Shown here one piece after another: positions 41,810 to 55,735 of a DNA stretch of 64,000 nucleotides (position 1 is its first letter; each line of letters opens with the position of its first letter). The DNA is from Basidioascus undulatus (lineage: Eukaryota). Under the pieces are notes generated by a model. It was not told the origin of the DNA. It searched no databases and saw nothing but the letters and a program-made list of their open reading frames with translations. The stretch lies in contig JTLS01000001.1 in NCBI GenBank assembly GCA_000826855.1, forward strand, positions 1 through 64,000, read 5' to 3'. The position numbers were made by a program, and so were the translations under genes.

Positions 41810-44800
41810 CTATCGCTGCCAGCCTCCCTCCACGCGTTTGTATTCTTTGCCAGAGAGTTTGCGCCCGTCCCCCCGCCGCCACTGCCTCCATTTGCGGCTG
41901 AGGGTTCCGACGAGCTTCGCGACCCGGCGTTCTCCCCAGCGCTGCTCAGCAAATGCCGTGAGCGGTCGGTTCGCGCTTGCGGGAAGAGCAGAATGCAGGA
42001 CGCACCTCATATGCCAGCGACAGTATGACGTTGACGATGACGATCGCCAAAAGTTTGTAGTGATACGTGATAGGGAACCGGACGAGCTCCAACAGATCGA
42101 AGAAGAATCCCGATGGTACGAACATGATGTAGAGAGCGAATGCAGACAAAAGAGTGAGGGCAAGAAGGAAGAGGGCTACACCGAGGCGTCAGTCTCTCCG
42201 CCAATAGCAGGTTGGAAGAGAGACCATACGATTTGTCCAGAGCGGCTTGCGGTATGGTGGGCCGACGGAGAACACGAGCGCAACGAGGATATACTGGAAA
42301 CACGAGACAAGGAAGAGCGCCGAGTTTTCGTAATTCTCGGTCTCGAGCTTGTCCACGTTGACGTCAGGCTCTTCGTACCTGTCAAATGTCCAACGATGAG
42401 AACGTGCAGGCGCAGGGCAAATGCAGTGACTTGTGTACGTACCACGGCTGCTGGCGAACGTCGAAGAACACAAAGAACTGAATCGCAGCGCAAATGACGA
42501 TCTGGCCAATGATGCTGCTGAGAACCTTCTTCGAGACGAGGTTGGCGGTGGGTCGCTTCGGATGAATGCGCGGGTACGGGAGCGTGCGACCCACTGCGTC
42601 GCGAGTATCAGCATCCAGGCTGAACAACCATCTAGGGAGCGCTTACTCGTGACTGCAATGGGAAGGATAATTGCCAAATCAATGGCCAGAAACTGTAAGG
42701 AAAAAAGGACATCAGTTTCACCCAATAACAGCTCGTAATAAGGACGTACTTGGAAGTCCCCGAGAGACGACGCGAACGAGTAGAGCAAGGTGATGGAGGT
42801 GAACTGAATGAGCGAGTACAGCGCCCTGTAGAGCTGGGCGTGAGCATCTACGCTGCCAAAGACGGGTGACTGAAACCTTACATGTATTTGAAGCAGGCGA
42901 AGGACGTGACGAGCGCGGCGCGACCCTCCCTGGGAGACAGACATCAGCGAGCGTTCGAACATACGCGAAAAACAGACACTCACTTGATGACCTCGATGAA
43001 GCATGAGATGTCGGGCGTGTTGCTCGCTGAGGACGACAGACGACGGTCAAATCGGGTAGCGAGCGTCACGAGCAGCTGAATTTCGACTCACTGAAGGGCG
43101 CAGCAACGGACGCCTCCGCCTCGGACAGGGACAATCCAACATCGGCGGCTTTCAGAGCGCCACAGTCGTTTGCGCCGTCTCCGCACTGGGAGAGAATTTT
43201 GGTCAGCACTTCCGTCTGTTCCTCACGGCCTCGCATGTCGCAGGTAAACTTACGAAGCCGACGGTGTACCCGAGCTGCTGCAGGCGCTCGACCAGCTCAC
43301 ATTTCTCGTCAGGCGACATGCGCGCAAAGATCTGACTCTTGACGAGCATCTACAAAGTTGGTCTGGGTCAGACAAAAGTTCGTTCTTTGCAGCAGCAGTG
43401 TAGCGGCTCACCCGCTGCAGCGTCTCGAGCGGCGCGAAGTCGATCATCCAGCGGAAGACATCTCCGGTAACCGCCAGGTGGTAGTCTTGATATTCGAGGT
43501 CGATCGAGCGAGATCGGTCGTCGTCGTCCACGAACGGCCGCAGGCTGTACGGGTCGAGTTTGAGCTTTTCGTCGTCGGCGCTTGACCATTCCAGGCGAGA
43601 GTGCGGGTCTTGCGGACCGCCTTCAAATTCGGGACGCTTCGTCAGCAAGGCCTTGAAGGAGCTGGAATGGGTGTAAGCACTTACCCTCGAGGAAGGTTGG
43701 CATAAAGACGTGACCAGGAGCACTGATGAGCCCGCACTCGCGCGCAACGCTGATGGCCGTGCGCGGGTTGTCGCCGGTGACCATGCGCACGGCGAGGTGC
43801 GCGGAGCGCAGCGTATGAATCGCCGGAGTCGTGCCGGGCTTAAGCTTGTTCTCGAAGATGATGAGGCCGAGGAAGCGCAGACCGCTCTCCGCTTGCTCGC
43901 TGCGATGCTCCACACTGCCCGTCAGTACCGGTCCATGCGAACACTTAGACCACTCAGCTTACCGCTTCATGCGCTGCGCCTTGATCCACGTCAGACCGGG
44001 AAGACTCTTGCCGGCGACGGCGATCACGCGGTAGCCGTGCTTGGTGTAGTACGACAGGAGATCATCATAATCCTCGGGGACTACCAGGGTAATAGGTGAG
44101 CATCATCCGACCGCCGAAAGCACCGTACAAGACTATACGTACAAGAGTCCTTGTCGCAGATGTCGGCCATGACCTCGGGCGCGCCCTTGACGTAGACTTC
44201 CATGCTCGGCGATTTCAGGCGCTTGACGACGACGCTCATGCGGCGGAGGGACGAGACGAAGTCGAACGTGCGGATGACGCCGAGCTCGAGGAAGTGCGCG
44301 TGCTGATGAAAGACACATACTTCAGTTTCCAGGTCTGCAGTGCCGATCGTGAAGACTGCTCGTACCTTAGTCCCCGCCTTGAGTGCATCCTCCACCTTGA
44401 ACTTCTCTCCGCCCGGCGGACGCACGACAGTCTGCACGAGCGCCGCGGGCCGCTCGGGGAGCTTGCCGTTGGTCTTGTGCTTCTTGTCCTTGTCCTTGCC
44501 TTCGCCCGCCGGCTGCTTGCGCCCGCCCGCCTTGCCCTCCTCGAGCGACCACTGGGTAAACTCGAACATCTTGACGTCGAGCGGGTCACCGATGATCTCG
44601 TTGTCGACGGCCTTGAGTGCGTGGCACGTCGCGAGGGCGTACAGCAGGGGCGTCTTGCCGCCGAGACCGCCCTCGGCCGGAAGCTCGGAGATGTCGGTGT
44701 GGAGCTCGGCGAAGCGATTGTTGCTGCGCTCGATAGTCCGGATGCCGAGGATGTCCAAACCTGTGAATTTTCGTTACGGTCAGTTAGGCCCTCGCATTTG

Positions 44801-47800
44801 CAGCAAGCATAACACGCACCGTCTTCTGTAAGCGTGCCAGTCTTGTCGAAGCAAACGACGTTGATCTTGCCGCCGACGTTGACTCTCGTCGGCGAGATAC
44901 AGAAGATGTTCTTCTTTCGCAGTCGGTTGATGGCGAAGGTCGTGCCGATAGACATGGTGGCCGGAAGCGCTGGCGGAACAACGATGGTGATGAGGTCGAG
45001 TGCGCGGAGCATGATGGTGTGCCATTTGATCTGCAAGCACGAAGCCGAAGTCAACGGTGAGGCCGAAACAGGGAAGCCAGACGTTGACGCACTCCGAGCT
45101 TGATAAAGTTGACAGAGCTCGCAAGGAAGCCAAGCCCGGCGATGATAGCGAGAACGCCGATGAAGCTGCGAATGTGTTAAGACCGTCAGCGCATACTGGC
45201 AGAGGTGATCAGTACCACAAGCGCTGATGAACCGCATCGAGTCGCGGTAGAACTTGAACCTGGAACTCGCAAAATTGTCAGGAGCCGCTCCACAGACTGC
45301 GAAGCCGTCTTGGACGTACCCCATGGGCTTCGGGAACAGCATGGAACGAACGAGCGCGCCCTTGGTAGTGTTGAAACCTGTACAAGCAAAGCCTGATTCA
45401 GCACGTGCTCTGTACGTCTTGCAGCGGTAACCAAGACTGACCAGTCCGCACGACCAGCGCGAGCGCCGGCGCCTCATGCCCATCGGGGCCGATACCCGCC
45501 CCGCGCACGCGGATGATCTTGGTGCCCGAGAAGAGGAAGTGCTTGGCCATGGCGGGCGGGACGTCCGACGTGCCCTTCGGCGGCTCGCGCGCGAACGGCT
45601 TCAGCGCGTCGTCCTTGACGGGCACCTTGGCGACGGGGACCGACTCGCCGGTGAGCATCGACTCGTTGACGATCGCGTCGCCCGAGAGGAGGAGCGCGTC
45701 GCAGGGGACGGTGTTCAGCGCCGGGTCGGAGGCTTCGAAGATGTCGCCCGGAAGGAGCTCAGTCGAGTCGATCACGGTCCCTGCGGAAGGCCATTTCACA
45801 TCAACTTCTGCATCGGGAAAAAGAGAGCGTGATGAAAACGCACATGCACCGTTGATAAGCGCCCGGACTTGGCAGTTGAAACGCGACATCTCCTTCATGC
45901 GTTTGATAGTCTGCGGCCGAGGCGTGATCCACTCGCCGATTCGGTACGTTGTCGCAGTGAGGAAATATTCACCCGCTTGGTTTCGATTAAAGTTGTCGTT
46001 ACGCTAGCGATGCTGATGAGGGCAATGCACGCGGCGTAGTAGTCTAGTGGATGAGGAGGGTCAGCCTTCGTACGCAAGCTAAGAAACCTCAAACCGGTCG
46101 TTGACTTGCAGTAGTCGTCGATGGTCCACAGAATGATCGACGCGACCTGGAAGATGTAGAACGGGTGGAGCACCTGGAAAAGAATCGAGACGTTCGTTCA
46201 GCCTTCGATGCTAGACATTCTCGCGTGTTAGTTGGAAGAGGCACCTCGTCAATGAACAGCTGCAGCCATCCGCGCTCCTCAATCTCGATCGCGTTCGGTC
46301 CAAACAGCGCCTTCCGCTCATCACGCTCCGTCTCCTGGAGCCCCAACAGAACAGCCGAAACGGTCGCCCACTTCGGGTCCCGCCAGTCCCTGCGAGCAGC
46401 AGCCAGCCGCATCCGTTTCAGTTACCTTTCACAACAGCCCCAGAGGCGTGGTCTGCATACCTTATCATCCGGAACTGGCCCTGCTCCTGATGCAGAATAA
46501 AGCGCGTGTACCGGTACTCGACAAACTTGAGGTCGCCGACCTCGTCCGTCGCGAGCGCCGGCCCAGCGTCGAAGTCACCGTTCCCGGTCCCGTTGCCGGT
46601 GCCGATCGCTTTGCCCTTCAGCGAGGCGGCCGTGGAAGGCGGGAGATACGCTTGGCGAGAAGGCGCGTCGTGCGGGAATACGGAGCTCAAGGGGTAAGGG
46701 AAGGGCGCAGAGGAGATCGGGTAGATGTTGATGTCGCCCCATTGCGTCTGTGCATAGGGGAGGTGTGGGTTCGTGCGACTGGAACTCCCGTGAAATGAGA
46801 ACACACCTCGACCACCACAAAATCGGCGCCCTCGGATCCATCCTTGCTCACGAACGGCTTCTCGCTCGCCGTGGCCTTGAGCCACAGCGTAGGCACCCAG
46901 CGCCCGAGCAGCCCGAGCGCCCCGAGCGAGACGACTGTCCCTGCAGCCCAGATAGCCTTCCTCCAGCGCGACGCGCGGTAGCCGATGAAGAGCAGCGTGA
47001 CGTCCTCCTCCTGGATGTGGATCTTCTGCCTGCTCTGCCCGTCGACGGGCTTGAGCAGCGGGCTTGGCGGCGGGCTCTCGAACTGGATTCGCGTGTCGCC
47101 GAAGACAGGGTCGGTCGCGAACGTGCCCGTCGGGAGGAAATCGTTCGATCGCCTGCGGGCGGAGGTGAAGGAGGACGTGTCGCTGTTGTTGAGACTCGGC
47201 GCGGCGGAGGACGCCATGTCGGACGAGGCGTCGTCGTCCGAGATCTCCTCGTTGGACGAGTATCCCCAGTTCGAGTCGCTGTCCGACGCGCCCTCGGACG
47301 GCGCGACTGATCCAGCACGGGAGCTGCGGGACGTTGCGCGGGAGCCACCGCCTGAGGAGCTGCGCGCGGAGAGGGACGGACGGTGACGCCTGGAAGGCGT
47401 GCCGGATTCCTCCTCCTGCGGCTTGGAGCCGAACATCGCGGCGAGCCCGCTGAACATGCCGGACTGGCGCGGCGCGCCCTCGTCGGTAGGCGACAGCAGC
47501 GGGCTCGAGGAGCTCGCGTCCGACCGCGCACGGCTGCGAGGTCCGCGACGCGACCGGTGGTGTGCGGACGAAGCCGCGGGGCTGGCAGGACGACTAGTGC
47601 CGTACCCTTCCTCCCGCTCCCCGCTCCGCGTCCTGCTGCTGCTCCACCCGCGCCTCGCCGCTCGCCCAACGCTGACAGCATCGTCGTCCCCAAAGTCGCT
47701 GGAAACGGCGGCGCTCTCGTGGCTGTCGCGCCAGCTGAGACCCGGACGCACGTACGAGTGCCGGAACGAGACGACCGAGCTCGGGACGCTCGCGGCGCCG

Positions 47801-48018
47801 GGCCCGTCGAAGATGCTCGCGCCCTCGGTGTGCTGCGAGTCGCGCCTGCTGCGAGCGGCGATCTCGATGCCCTCGGCGAGCTCGTCTGCAGTCGCGCCCT
47901 CGGTGTAGTCGTACGCCGCGGACGAGACGGGCGCATAGTAATCGACCTCGTCGGCCGGCTGGTCCGAGGTCGCGGACGAGGAGGGGAGCGCCGGCGTGGG
48001 GCGCTCCGGGGAGGACAT
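41810..48018 (-). CDS. YPK9: P5B-type P-type ATPase (Ypk9/ATP13A2-like, putative polyamine transporter)
   Basis: [32 protein letters not shown] (PPALP = P5B), [30 protein letters not shown] and [13 protein letters not shown]; long Ser-rich N-terminus. Confidence 0.93.
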
Positions 48019-48634
48019 GGGCGAAAGAGGGATTCGGTCGGGGCGGGGATGGGAAGAGTAGCTGGAGCGCATATGTCAGTACTTGGGAGGGGATGGTCAA
48101 GGATCTCGCAGCGGGCCGTCGCACAATCACAGAATCCGATCTGTGTCCGCACTCCCGCGACTCACGTGGAAAATTATGCCAGTCCCCACGATCCAAGCTC
48201 AATGATATTAGGAGAACCGGTTTCACCAGCTGGGGATAAATGCGCTGAGAGTAATACGAGAGTAGAATCTGAAGTGTGTCAGGAAGGCAAGAGGAACAGG
48301 TTGCACCAGGCGTACCACTCCTCTCAAAACGCTGATGACGCGCCCTGGGAGCCGACGCCGCCTCGCGCACTGCTTTGGTGGTACGGGTGCTTTTTATCGT
48401 CCTGGAGGGTTTGAGCACACTTGTTCTCATCTGTAATTGTTGAGTGGGTCTCAAAAGGCCACTGAGAGATGAGCAGGGAGAACAGCCTCCGGAGAACGTG
48501 TGGACGCTTTCGAGCTGCGAAACTACAACAGCCAGGCACACAAACAGCCGCTAATGAAGCTCACAGAGATAATGCAGCACAACATCATGAAGATCATAAC
48601 TAATATGCCAATCCCAGCAGCCGCTGGTAACCTA

Positions 48635-50399
48635 TCAGTCGTACAATCCGTGCTTCTGCTGCGGAGGCGGGCCAGTCGAAGGCCAGCTCAGGACCTTGGA
48701 AAAGTAGAACGGGCGCTGGTGCTGTGAAGCAACGTGGCACAAGCGAGTCCTTCAGAACAAGGTATGAGGGCATAATGTGCAGAGATGACTGACCTTCAGC
48801 GCAAGCGGCAGCTCCTCTCCCGTCGCCATATTCAAGCTCAGATACGAATCGAGGTTGATCTTGTTGTGTCTGTTCGCCAGCCCAACCGCATAAGCTACGT
48901 CTCAAGAGCCCTCGTGTTCTCTCCGCAGCGACAGAGAACTCACCTCCCCCTCGTCGAGCTCTTGAGCTGCGCGTCCATCCTAAACTGGTACTTGAGCGGC
49001 TCCCCGCGCTCCGCGAGCCCCGGGTCGCGCAGCCCCCATATCCTCACGCGGTCGCCGCGGAGCTCCCAGCGCCCGTGAACCATGCCCTTCATGCGCAGGC
49101 CCTCCTGCAGGATGGGCACGACCTCCGCGGGCGTTTGGGTCGTGAGGAGGGAGAGGACCCGGCCGTCGGGCAGGAAGCGCAGGAAGCGGTGGAAAGTGAT
49201 CAAGTGCACGACCGAGGTCCATAATGATTCGGCTTGTCCGTCTGCGGTCCGCTCATCTGAGTCAGTAAATGGGCAGGAGCGGATAAAATGAGGATGAGAA
49301 CGCACGGCGCATGTCTGCGGTCCAGACCCAGTTCAGAAATGTGCGGGAATCCGGTACATATTGAAGAAATACGGACAGTGACAGATCGCAATGTACACCC
49401 CGTCCATACGTATGCGAGGTCGCTCGATCCAGACCCTTCGCCATGACGAGCCATGGTGCGCTGCGAGCGAGTGCGGCGAGATGGTCGGCGCGAGTTGGTG
49501 TGGCGGGATGTAGTGCGAGAGGACAAGCTGCTTCCAGAGGATCGGGTCACTCGAAAGAATGCGCATCTTGCGACTGATCGGCGGGTTCGGATAAGCAAAA
49601 TCAGCGCTACCGATTAGAGCAATCGAGGCCAGTACGAGAGTCACCCGCTGCCGCCCCACCGCTCCAGAGTCTGCAGGTCGCCCTCACGCCCGAGGAGCCG
49701 AAGGATGTACACAAGCACTTCGTCTGGGACGTTTGCGATCGGGCACGGCCGGATGTCCTCTTCTTGCTCGAAGCCGAGCGTCAGGGACGCGAAAGACTGG
49801 AGGAGCGGGCCGAGAGGGTCGAGCTTCGAGGTGGCCGCGAGGTCGTAATCTGGAGAAGTCTGAAAACAATGTCAGGCACTTGGACTTGTCTCTCGCATAG
49901 AAATTGTGTGTGGCAGGCGTACCTGTATGGTCGTCTTGAACTCGAAACCCCCCTCTCGCCTGTCTTCCCGCAGCAAGTCCACCGTCTTCCCAGCGCGCGG
50001 GCTAACCTGCTCCTCCGCAGCGATCACGCGCGCGTACGCCTTATCGACGTTGTTGTCTAGCCTGAATGCATGGCGGTACAGCGCAAGGGCATCGCTCAGC
50101 TGCCCCGACTGCTCGGCCTCGACGGCGGAGCGGTAGATGTCGATGGGTGCGCGGGGGAGGGGCGGGGGAGACGCTGGCCGAGGGGGCGAGGATGGGAGCG
50201 GGACAGCCGATACGGCCGGGGAGCGGAGGGTCGATGGGCCCGCTGCTGCGGCCTGGGAGGAGGTGGGAAGTGGTGCGATCGAGGTGGTAGGGGAGAGAGA
50301 GGATGAGGAGCCGGGCCCGGTTGGTGCATTTGCGGTTCGGCGGGCCTGAAGCTCGGCTTGCCACTCTGAGCGGAAGCGCTCAAGGTCGGGGGCTGCCAT
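48635..50399 (-). CDS. HRT3: F-box protein of the Hrt3/Pof7/FBXO9 family
   Basis: DLERFRSEWQAEL; YRSAVEAEQSGQLSDALALYRHAFRLD; F-box PIANVPDEVLVYIL; WIERPRIRMDGVYIAICH; VHLITFHRFLRFLPDGRVLSLLT; RPFYFSKV. Confidence 0.88.
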
Positions 50400-50961
50400 T
50401 TGCGATTATCTGCATAGTTGGGGATATCAAGGGTCAGCGGGTCCATCGCAGCGCAGCCTGTCACGGCCACACCAGTAGAGCACCGCTCAGCGGGACACCT
50501 GCGTGCTGCTCCTAGGAAATCCATAGGAGCTGCCCATGTTCATGATGACCTGAACACGCATCACAAGATCCTACCGCTCGAGAAACGCCTTCTCTGTACT
50601 CGTCCCGGCAGAGCTGCTCCTCCCTGGACTTGAGGCTTCGGTGACTCACCTCTCGACCAGTTCCCGCTCTCGTACACCCAACGAAAGTCCTCCGGATCAA
50701 CCAAATGGTCTGTCCGTTCTGTGCAGTTCGTCAATAGGACTGCTGCCGTAAATTTGAGCAGAGTTGTGATGGTGGCGAGACTGAAGCGCAGGATGACGGG
50801 AGATCTTGGGTGGAGGCTTACCTCCTTCCTTCGGCCCGGGCATGGCTTGGCCACGCAGCGAGATAACGCGATGGGTCTTTTGCAGGTTGTCCTCTCGTTT
50901 GACCTCACCTTTTTTTGTACACTCACGCACTTACCGCTGTAGTCTCACTGGAATTACTGAC

Positions 50962-52331
50962 ATGGCTGTCGAACCATCCGAACCGCTCGAGATCGCGCTC
51001 ATCGGTTTCGGCGCCGTGCGTCTTCAACGGTCGATCCTCGAAGTCCTCTCGTCGCGACTGACCTTTTCACCTCTGGCAGGTCGGCGTAATCCTCTCTCTC
51101 ATTCTCGAGTCCAAGGGGCTTGCCCGCGTCTCCGCTGTCGCTCGCTCGAACTACGCTGCGATCCGCGAGAAGGGCATCCGCATCGAATCGCAGCTCAACG
51201 GCACGCACGAGGCATACAAGCCCAGCGCCGTCTACGCGACACCCGAGGAGGCAGCGAAGAGCGGCAAGAAGTTCGACTACGTACTTGTCACCACCAAGGC
51301 GTTGCCGGATGTCAAGAACACGGCGGAGATCACGAGGCCATTCTGGGAGGGCAAGAGCGCGGAGGAGCTGCCTGTGTTCGTTTTAATCCAGAACGGCATC
51401 GGTACGAAGCGGTTGTGTTTTCACTGACGGAATAAAAGGAGAAGCTTAACTGTTTCGAACAGGCGTTGAAAAGGACCTCGCTGCGGCTGCCCCTCAAGCG
51501 CCCATAATTTCGAGCACAATCTACATCGCGACGAACATGTTGAACGGCGAAGTCCGGCATTCTCTCGTCGTACGTTCCTTTTCCAGGTCCCTTTCCAGGT
51601 CTGTTTAAATCTACTCAGGTCTGAAACTTGCGTTCCAGCAACGTTTGGTTCTCGGTCCGCTGTGCACATCGCCTTCCACGGCGGCCGCCGCGCAGCGTCT
51701 CGTTGACGTGCTGGTCGCCGGCGGGGCTGATGCGAAGGTGACGGACGACATTACTCTGGCACGGTGGTCCAAGAACATCTGGTGCGCTCGGTCCTACTCT
51801 AAATTGCCCATAAAAGACCCCCTCCATGGCCGAACGACCTGCTGCAGGAACGCAACCGTCGCGACGCTCTCCACCTCCCTCCGCCTCTCCCCGACCACCT
51901 ATCTCGTTGGCGCCCACGCGCAGCACACCATTCCTCTCCTCCGCGCGCTCTCCCTCGAGTATTGGAACGTCGCTCGCGCGCTCGGCGTCAACCTGTCAAA
52001 GGAGGATGCCACGAACAACGTGGACTTTATGGTCTCGACGAGCGAGAAGCGCGCGCGCGGGGAGATCAAAGAGCACCTGCCGTCGATGCTGCTTGACCGT
52101 CTCGAGGGACGCGCTCTCGAGCTGGAGGTCATCTTGGGCGAGGTGGTGCGGGAGGCAAAGAGGCTTGGGGTAGAGACACCGAGGTGAGTGAGATCGCCCA
52201 CGCGTGCTTGCTTCCTCGAGCGACAGACGGCTGACGAGAAGAACAAAAACAGGTTGGACACCATCTATGCCGAACTGTCGGTCATCCACGCGCGCATCCT
52301 GGAGGGCAAGGACGACGGGAAGAGCGTCTAG
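50962..52331 (+). CDS. Ketopantoate reductase (PanE/ApbA)-family oxidoreductase
   Basis: IALIGFGA|VG (Rossmann), VARSNY, FDYVLVTTKALPD, VLIQNGIG, RWSKNIW|NA and PSMLLDRLEGRALELEVILG..GVETPR|LDTIYA. Confidence 0.88.
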
Positions 52332-55300
52332 ATTTCACAGTTCCGTCGTAGTTGATTCTGTTTGGGTAGAAGCATGCACGACCGGACTCTTGTCCATAAC
52401 CCTACCTCCGCCTGTCCTCGCTTTCGTCAGAAAGTGCCATTTTCACAACGCCGAGAGCGTTCACTCTGCTCGTTTTGGCTCGCAACTTGGCTCGCAACTC
52501 CATGCAACTCCACATGGCTCCACCGCAGCTGGAAGACAGGAGAATGCGAAGCTGTGAGAATCTGTCTTGTATGCAGGGCAATGCGTTAATCTAAAATGCG
52601 AGACCGGCAGGGTATCCATGGCGACATTAATCACTGACGTTCAGCTGCGCGTTGCGTGCACGCTGTCCGCGACAACAGCGCGAAGGCAGGAAGGTGATTC
52701 TGGGCACGCGTGGAGTATACACTCCTCCTTGATCCAGGGTATCAACATCGAAAACGGCTGGCGGTATCTCGCACTCGAGATGTATCTCGAATTTCTGACG
52801 AGATTCGGCCGCCCCGTGTCGGAGGAAGGTGCATATAAAAGTCTGCGGGGCAGCGTTCTTGCCACCTTTCACCAACGAGCAGTACCCCGCACCCACGCTC
52901 AGACAACACCACAGCCCACGGTCATTGCAGCCATGTTCGACGACTCCGAAGATTTCCCAACCCCCGTCTACGACTTCGCATCGGAATTTTTGAAGAGCCC
53001 ATCATCACCCGAACTATCTCTGGACCGGAACTGGCTCATGCTCTGACGGATTACTCCAACAATCTCTACCGCTGGACCGCAGCCGCCAAGGCTCAGTCGT
53101 GCAGCCTGAGCGCCTCGTAGTCCACAAGTGGTTCCTCCTCGCACAGTGAGGCCAGCTCGGCTTCAAGCAGCCCCTCATATCCTTTCCCCGAGACGGTACT
53201 GCGTGATGTTAGACTGCAGTCTCCAGGTCGTCCCAGAGGTGCGTTCTCTCGCTGGCTAGGATGAAAAGGTGGCGAGCAACAGCTCAAGGCTTTCGCTTTT
53301 TAAACCCGCAGTGATTCTGGCGTCTTTGTTGACCTGAATGCATTTAAAACCCTGTACTGACGCACGGTGGACCTTTCTACAAGACGTCGATTGTAATCAT
53401 CGTCAGGGAAGCACGTACCATGACCGTTCACGTATATAAGGCCGTGTTTATGAGCAAGTTTGCTATCCCCTGTCCGCCAGTGGTACGTCAGTCTGTGCCC
53501 CTTCAGCCAAACATCCGCTCAATGCCGGGCGGATGGGCTCACAGAGCCAGAGTAGTCGCTAAGCAGCTAGAGTGCCACAGAGTGTAACAATCGTCTTGTG
53601 AGATTCGCAGGAGCTGAGAAGCATACCCTCCAGGTGTCGGCCAACATCGTCCACAAGGTGCGTCTCGTGTCCTGTATCTGAGGGAGATGGCTTGACCTTT
53701 GGAAGCTCCTAGATTATATTGCACAACACTTCAACGATCGGCCCAGTCGGGCAAGCCACCATGTCGGTATGTCTCGCCAACGTCCTCGCCGGTGAGGCTG
53801 CGTAATCTCGATACTGATCCCTGCGACAAACCCACCAGAACCTCGTTCCGTTGATTTCGGTCACTACGGCGTGCCGGGCGTATTTCCACCTCATCAGCTT
53901 CACGCACTTGTGCGTCTCTTCAATCACGGAACCGCGTCCCTTCCGAGCGCTGATTTTAATTTCGGTCTGCAACGTCCACGTTCAGCTTTGAGCACAGTCC
54001 CAAGGAGGGCTCCCGCTCCCGCTCCTAAGGCCTGTCCCGAGGAAAGGGCAACCAGTGCGTAGAGCCGCTGCTCCGTCTTGCTCTCACTTCAACTTTAAAC
54101 GCTGAACGGTGCACGTACAATTTACAGCGCCTACGCCTCCAACGTTGGTGCTCGGTCGCAGCCAACGCATCCCGACCTCACCGGAGCTATCCCAGTCAAC
54201 GTCGTGACTGAATACCACACGGCGGATGACAAACATGGCTCAGATGTGGTCTGTTTGGTAATTCTTAGAAGCACACTGAGAAACCGTCCCCGTCGCTAGG
54301 ATAAAGCGTCCACGTTTGACATGGGCTCTCAAAGGAGCCTTGTGTGATTCGATTTTCTTCACCCTTGACCGGCGACTTCCTCACACTCTTTGTCAACATC
54401 CCTGGGTCTTACCGGTCCCTAAAAGTTTCCACATGTTTTCTTTTAGTTTACGAGCGCTTAGGTGACATTGACGTGTTGCACATACAGCTTGTCGGGTGCC
54501 TTCTGCCGTGAACTCCCTTGAGCACTGCGAAGTACCTTCGACAACCACATGCACTTCCCCATGCCGTGAGGGAATTTTTTTTGCCTCAAGCCAGGCTGCA
54601 GATAGATATCCAAGCAGACATGCTGGCCCGCGTGGCTCTCCATCTCTACTGTGTACGAGTATCGTCCATGAGCCACTTCGGTTTGCTTGCCCTAGCTCCA
54701 CCAGCCCAGAGCCACCGGAACAGAGGTTTCTGAGCCAGACTTCAAAGGTATTTTTTTACACTGTTACAAATACAGCAATCTTGGCCATCTACAAGCAGCC
54801 AGTGGCATCGCTCGGGCAAATTTAACGGCGGAGAGTTGGTGAACTCGTACGCTACCTGCACCTTGCCTTTCGTTGCAGCTTCGCCACGACTCCACAGCAA
54901 GTCATTGGTTTAAAAATAAGTATACTTACAAAGTTCTTTACTATCAATGTTCTTGGAGTTGTGGGCGTACGTTTCTTGCTGACGCACACGTTCTCACGGC
55001 CTCGATGAAGTTGTCGCTCAAGGAGACAAGGCCCAACTTCCCCTCTTCCTGAAACAGCTCATGCTCACGATTTTGCTGATACAAGAAGTCTCTAGACAGC
55101 TGTACTTCGAGCCAAATTTTACCTCAATCTGGGATTGGTGGAGAAAACGCGCTGGAGGGGCACTGGTCGTCGGCCTGCCGGCGTTCGGCAGGGTCGCTGT
55201 GCCTGGTTGTTCTTCAACTTCATCCGCCTCGCTCAGTCGCCGTTTCACATTCATTCAATTCGCTGACGCACTGCGGCTAGTTCGGCCCTTTTTCACCGCT

Positions 55301-55735
55301 CACACGGCGCTCTCATGATGGACCTCAGACGGTCACAGCGGACTTAGGATCTGGCCAGTCTCCGCTTGCGCTCAACCCCTCATCCCCTCGGAAGCCCAAG
55401 GCCTCGACTAGCCTGCCCAAGCTACGTTTACCCTAATCTCATAATACTTTCTATACCAACGAGGCTCTATGTAAGCTTCTCACCTGATCGTCTCCTTTCT
55501 CGCGACGGGAATCTCGAGCGAGCCTAGTCGGCCTCGTTGTGAACGAATGCTCTGTCGGTGCATACACCCAGGTTTCTACCTCACGAGATCCTCTTTTCGA
55601 TACTTCGGGGTGTCCCTCAGTGGCGCATCGCTCTCAGCTTCTCGCTGACCCGCCTCTCTTGCCGCCTGCAGTGGCAGGTCGACGTCGCGGTGCCTCAATA
55701 CTCCTCATACCCTGCTGTCCCCGCAGCCGCTGGCG

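Noticed and set aside
46750..48541. Several long overlapping or antisense ORFs (315-434 aa) over the first P5B-ATPase exon, and similar ones over the PhoD-like and kinase genes
   Set aside because: Arg/Ala/Pro-rich shadow frames, expected from high GC at third codon positions; no domain motifs.
52475..52498. 12-bp tandem repeat TTGGCTCGCAAC x2; a similar short duplication lies near 51579-51601
   Set aside because: Two-copy slippage duplications with no spacers; not CRISPR-like or informative.
53200..55400. Short ORFs in the spacer before the kinase
   Set aside because: No recognisable motifs, codon bias or consistent splice structure.
55471..55671. CAG|GT junction at about 55571 inside the kinase 5' UTR intron as a recursive splice site
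   Set aside because: Weak donor (GTTTCT) and no clear branch site; a single intron explains the sequence equally well.
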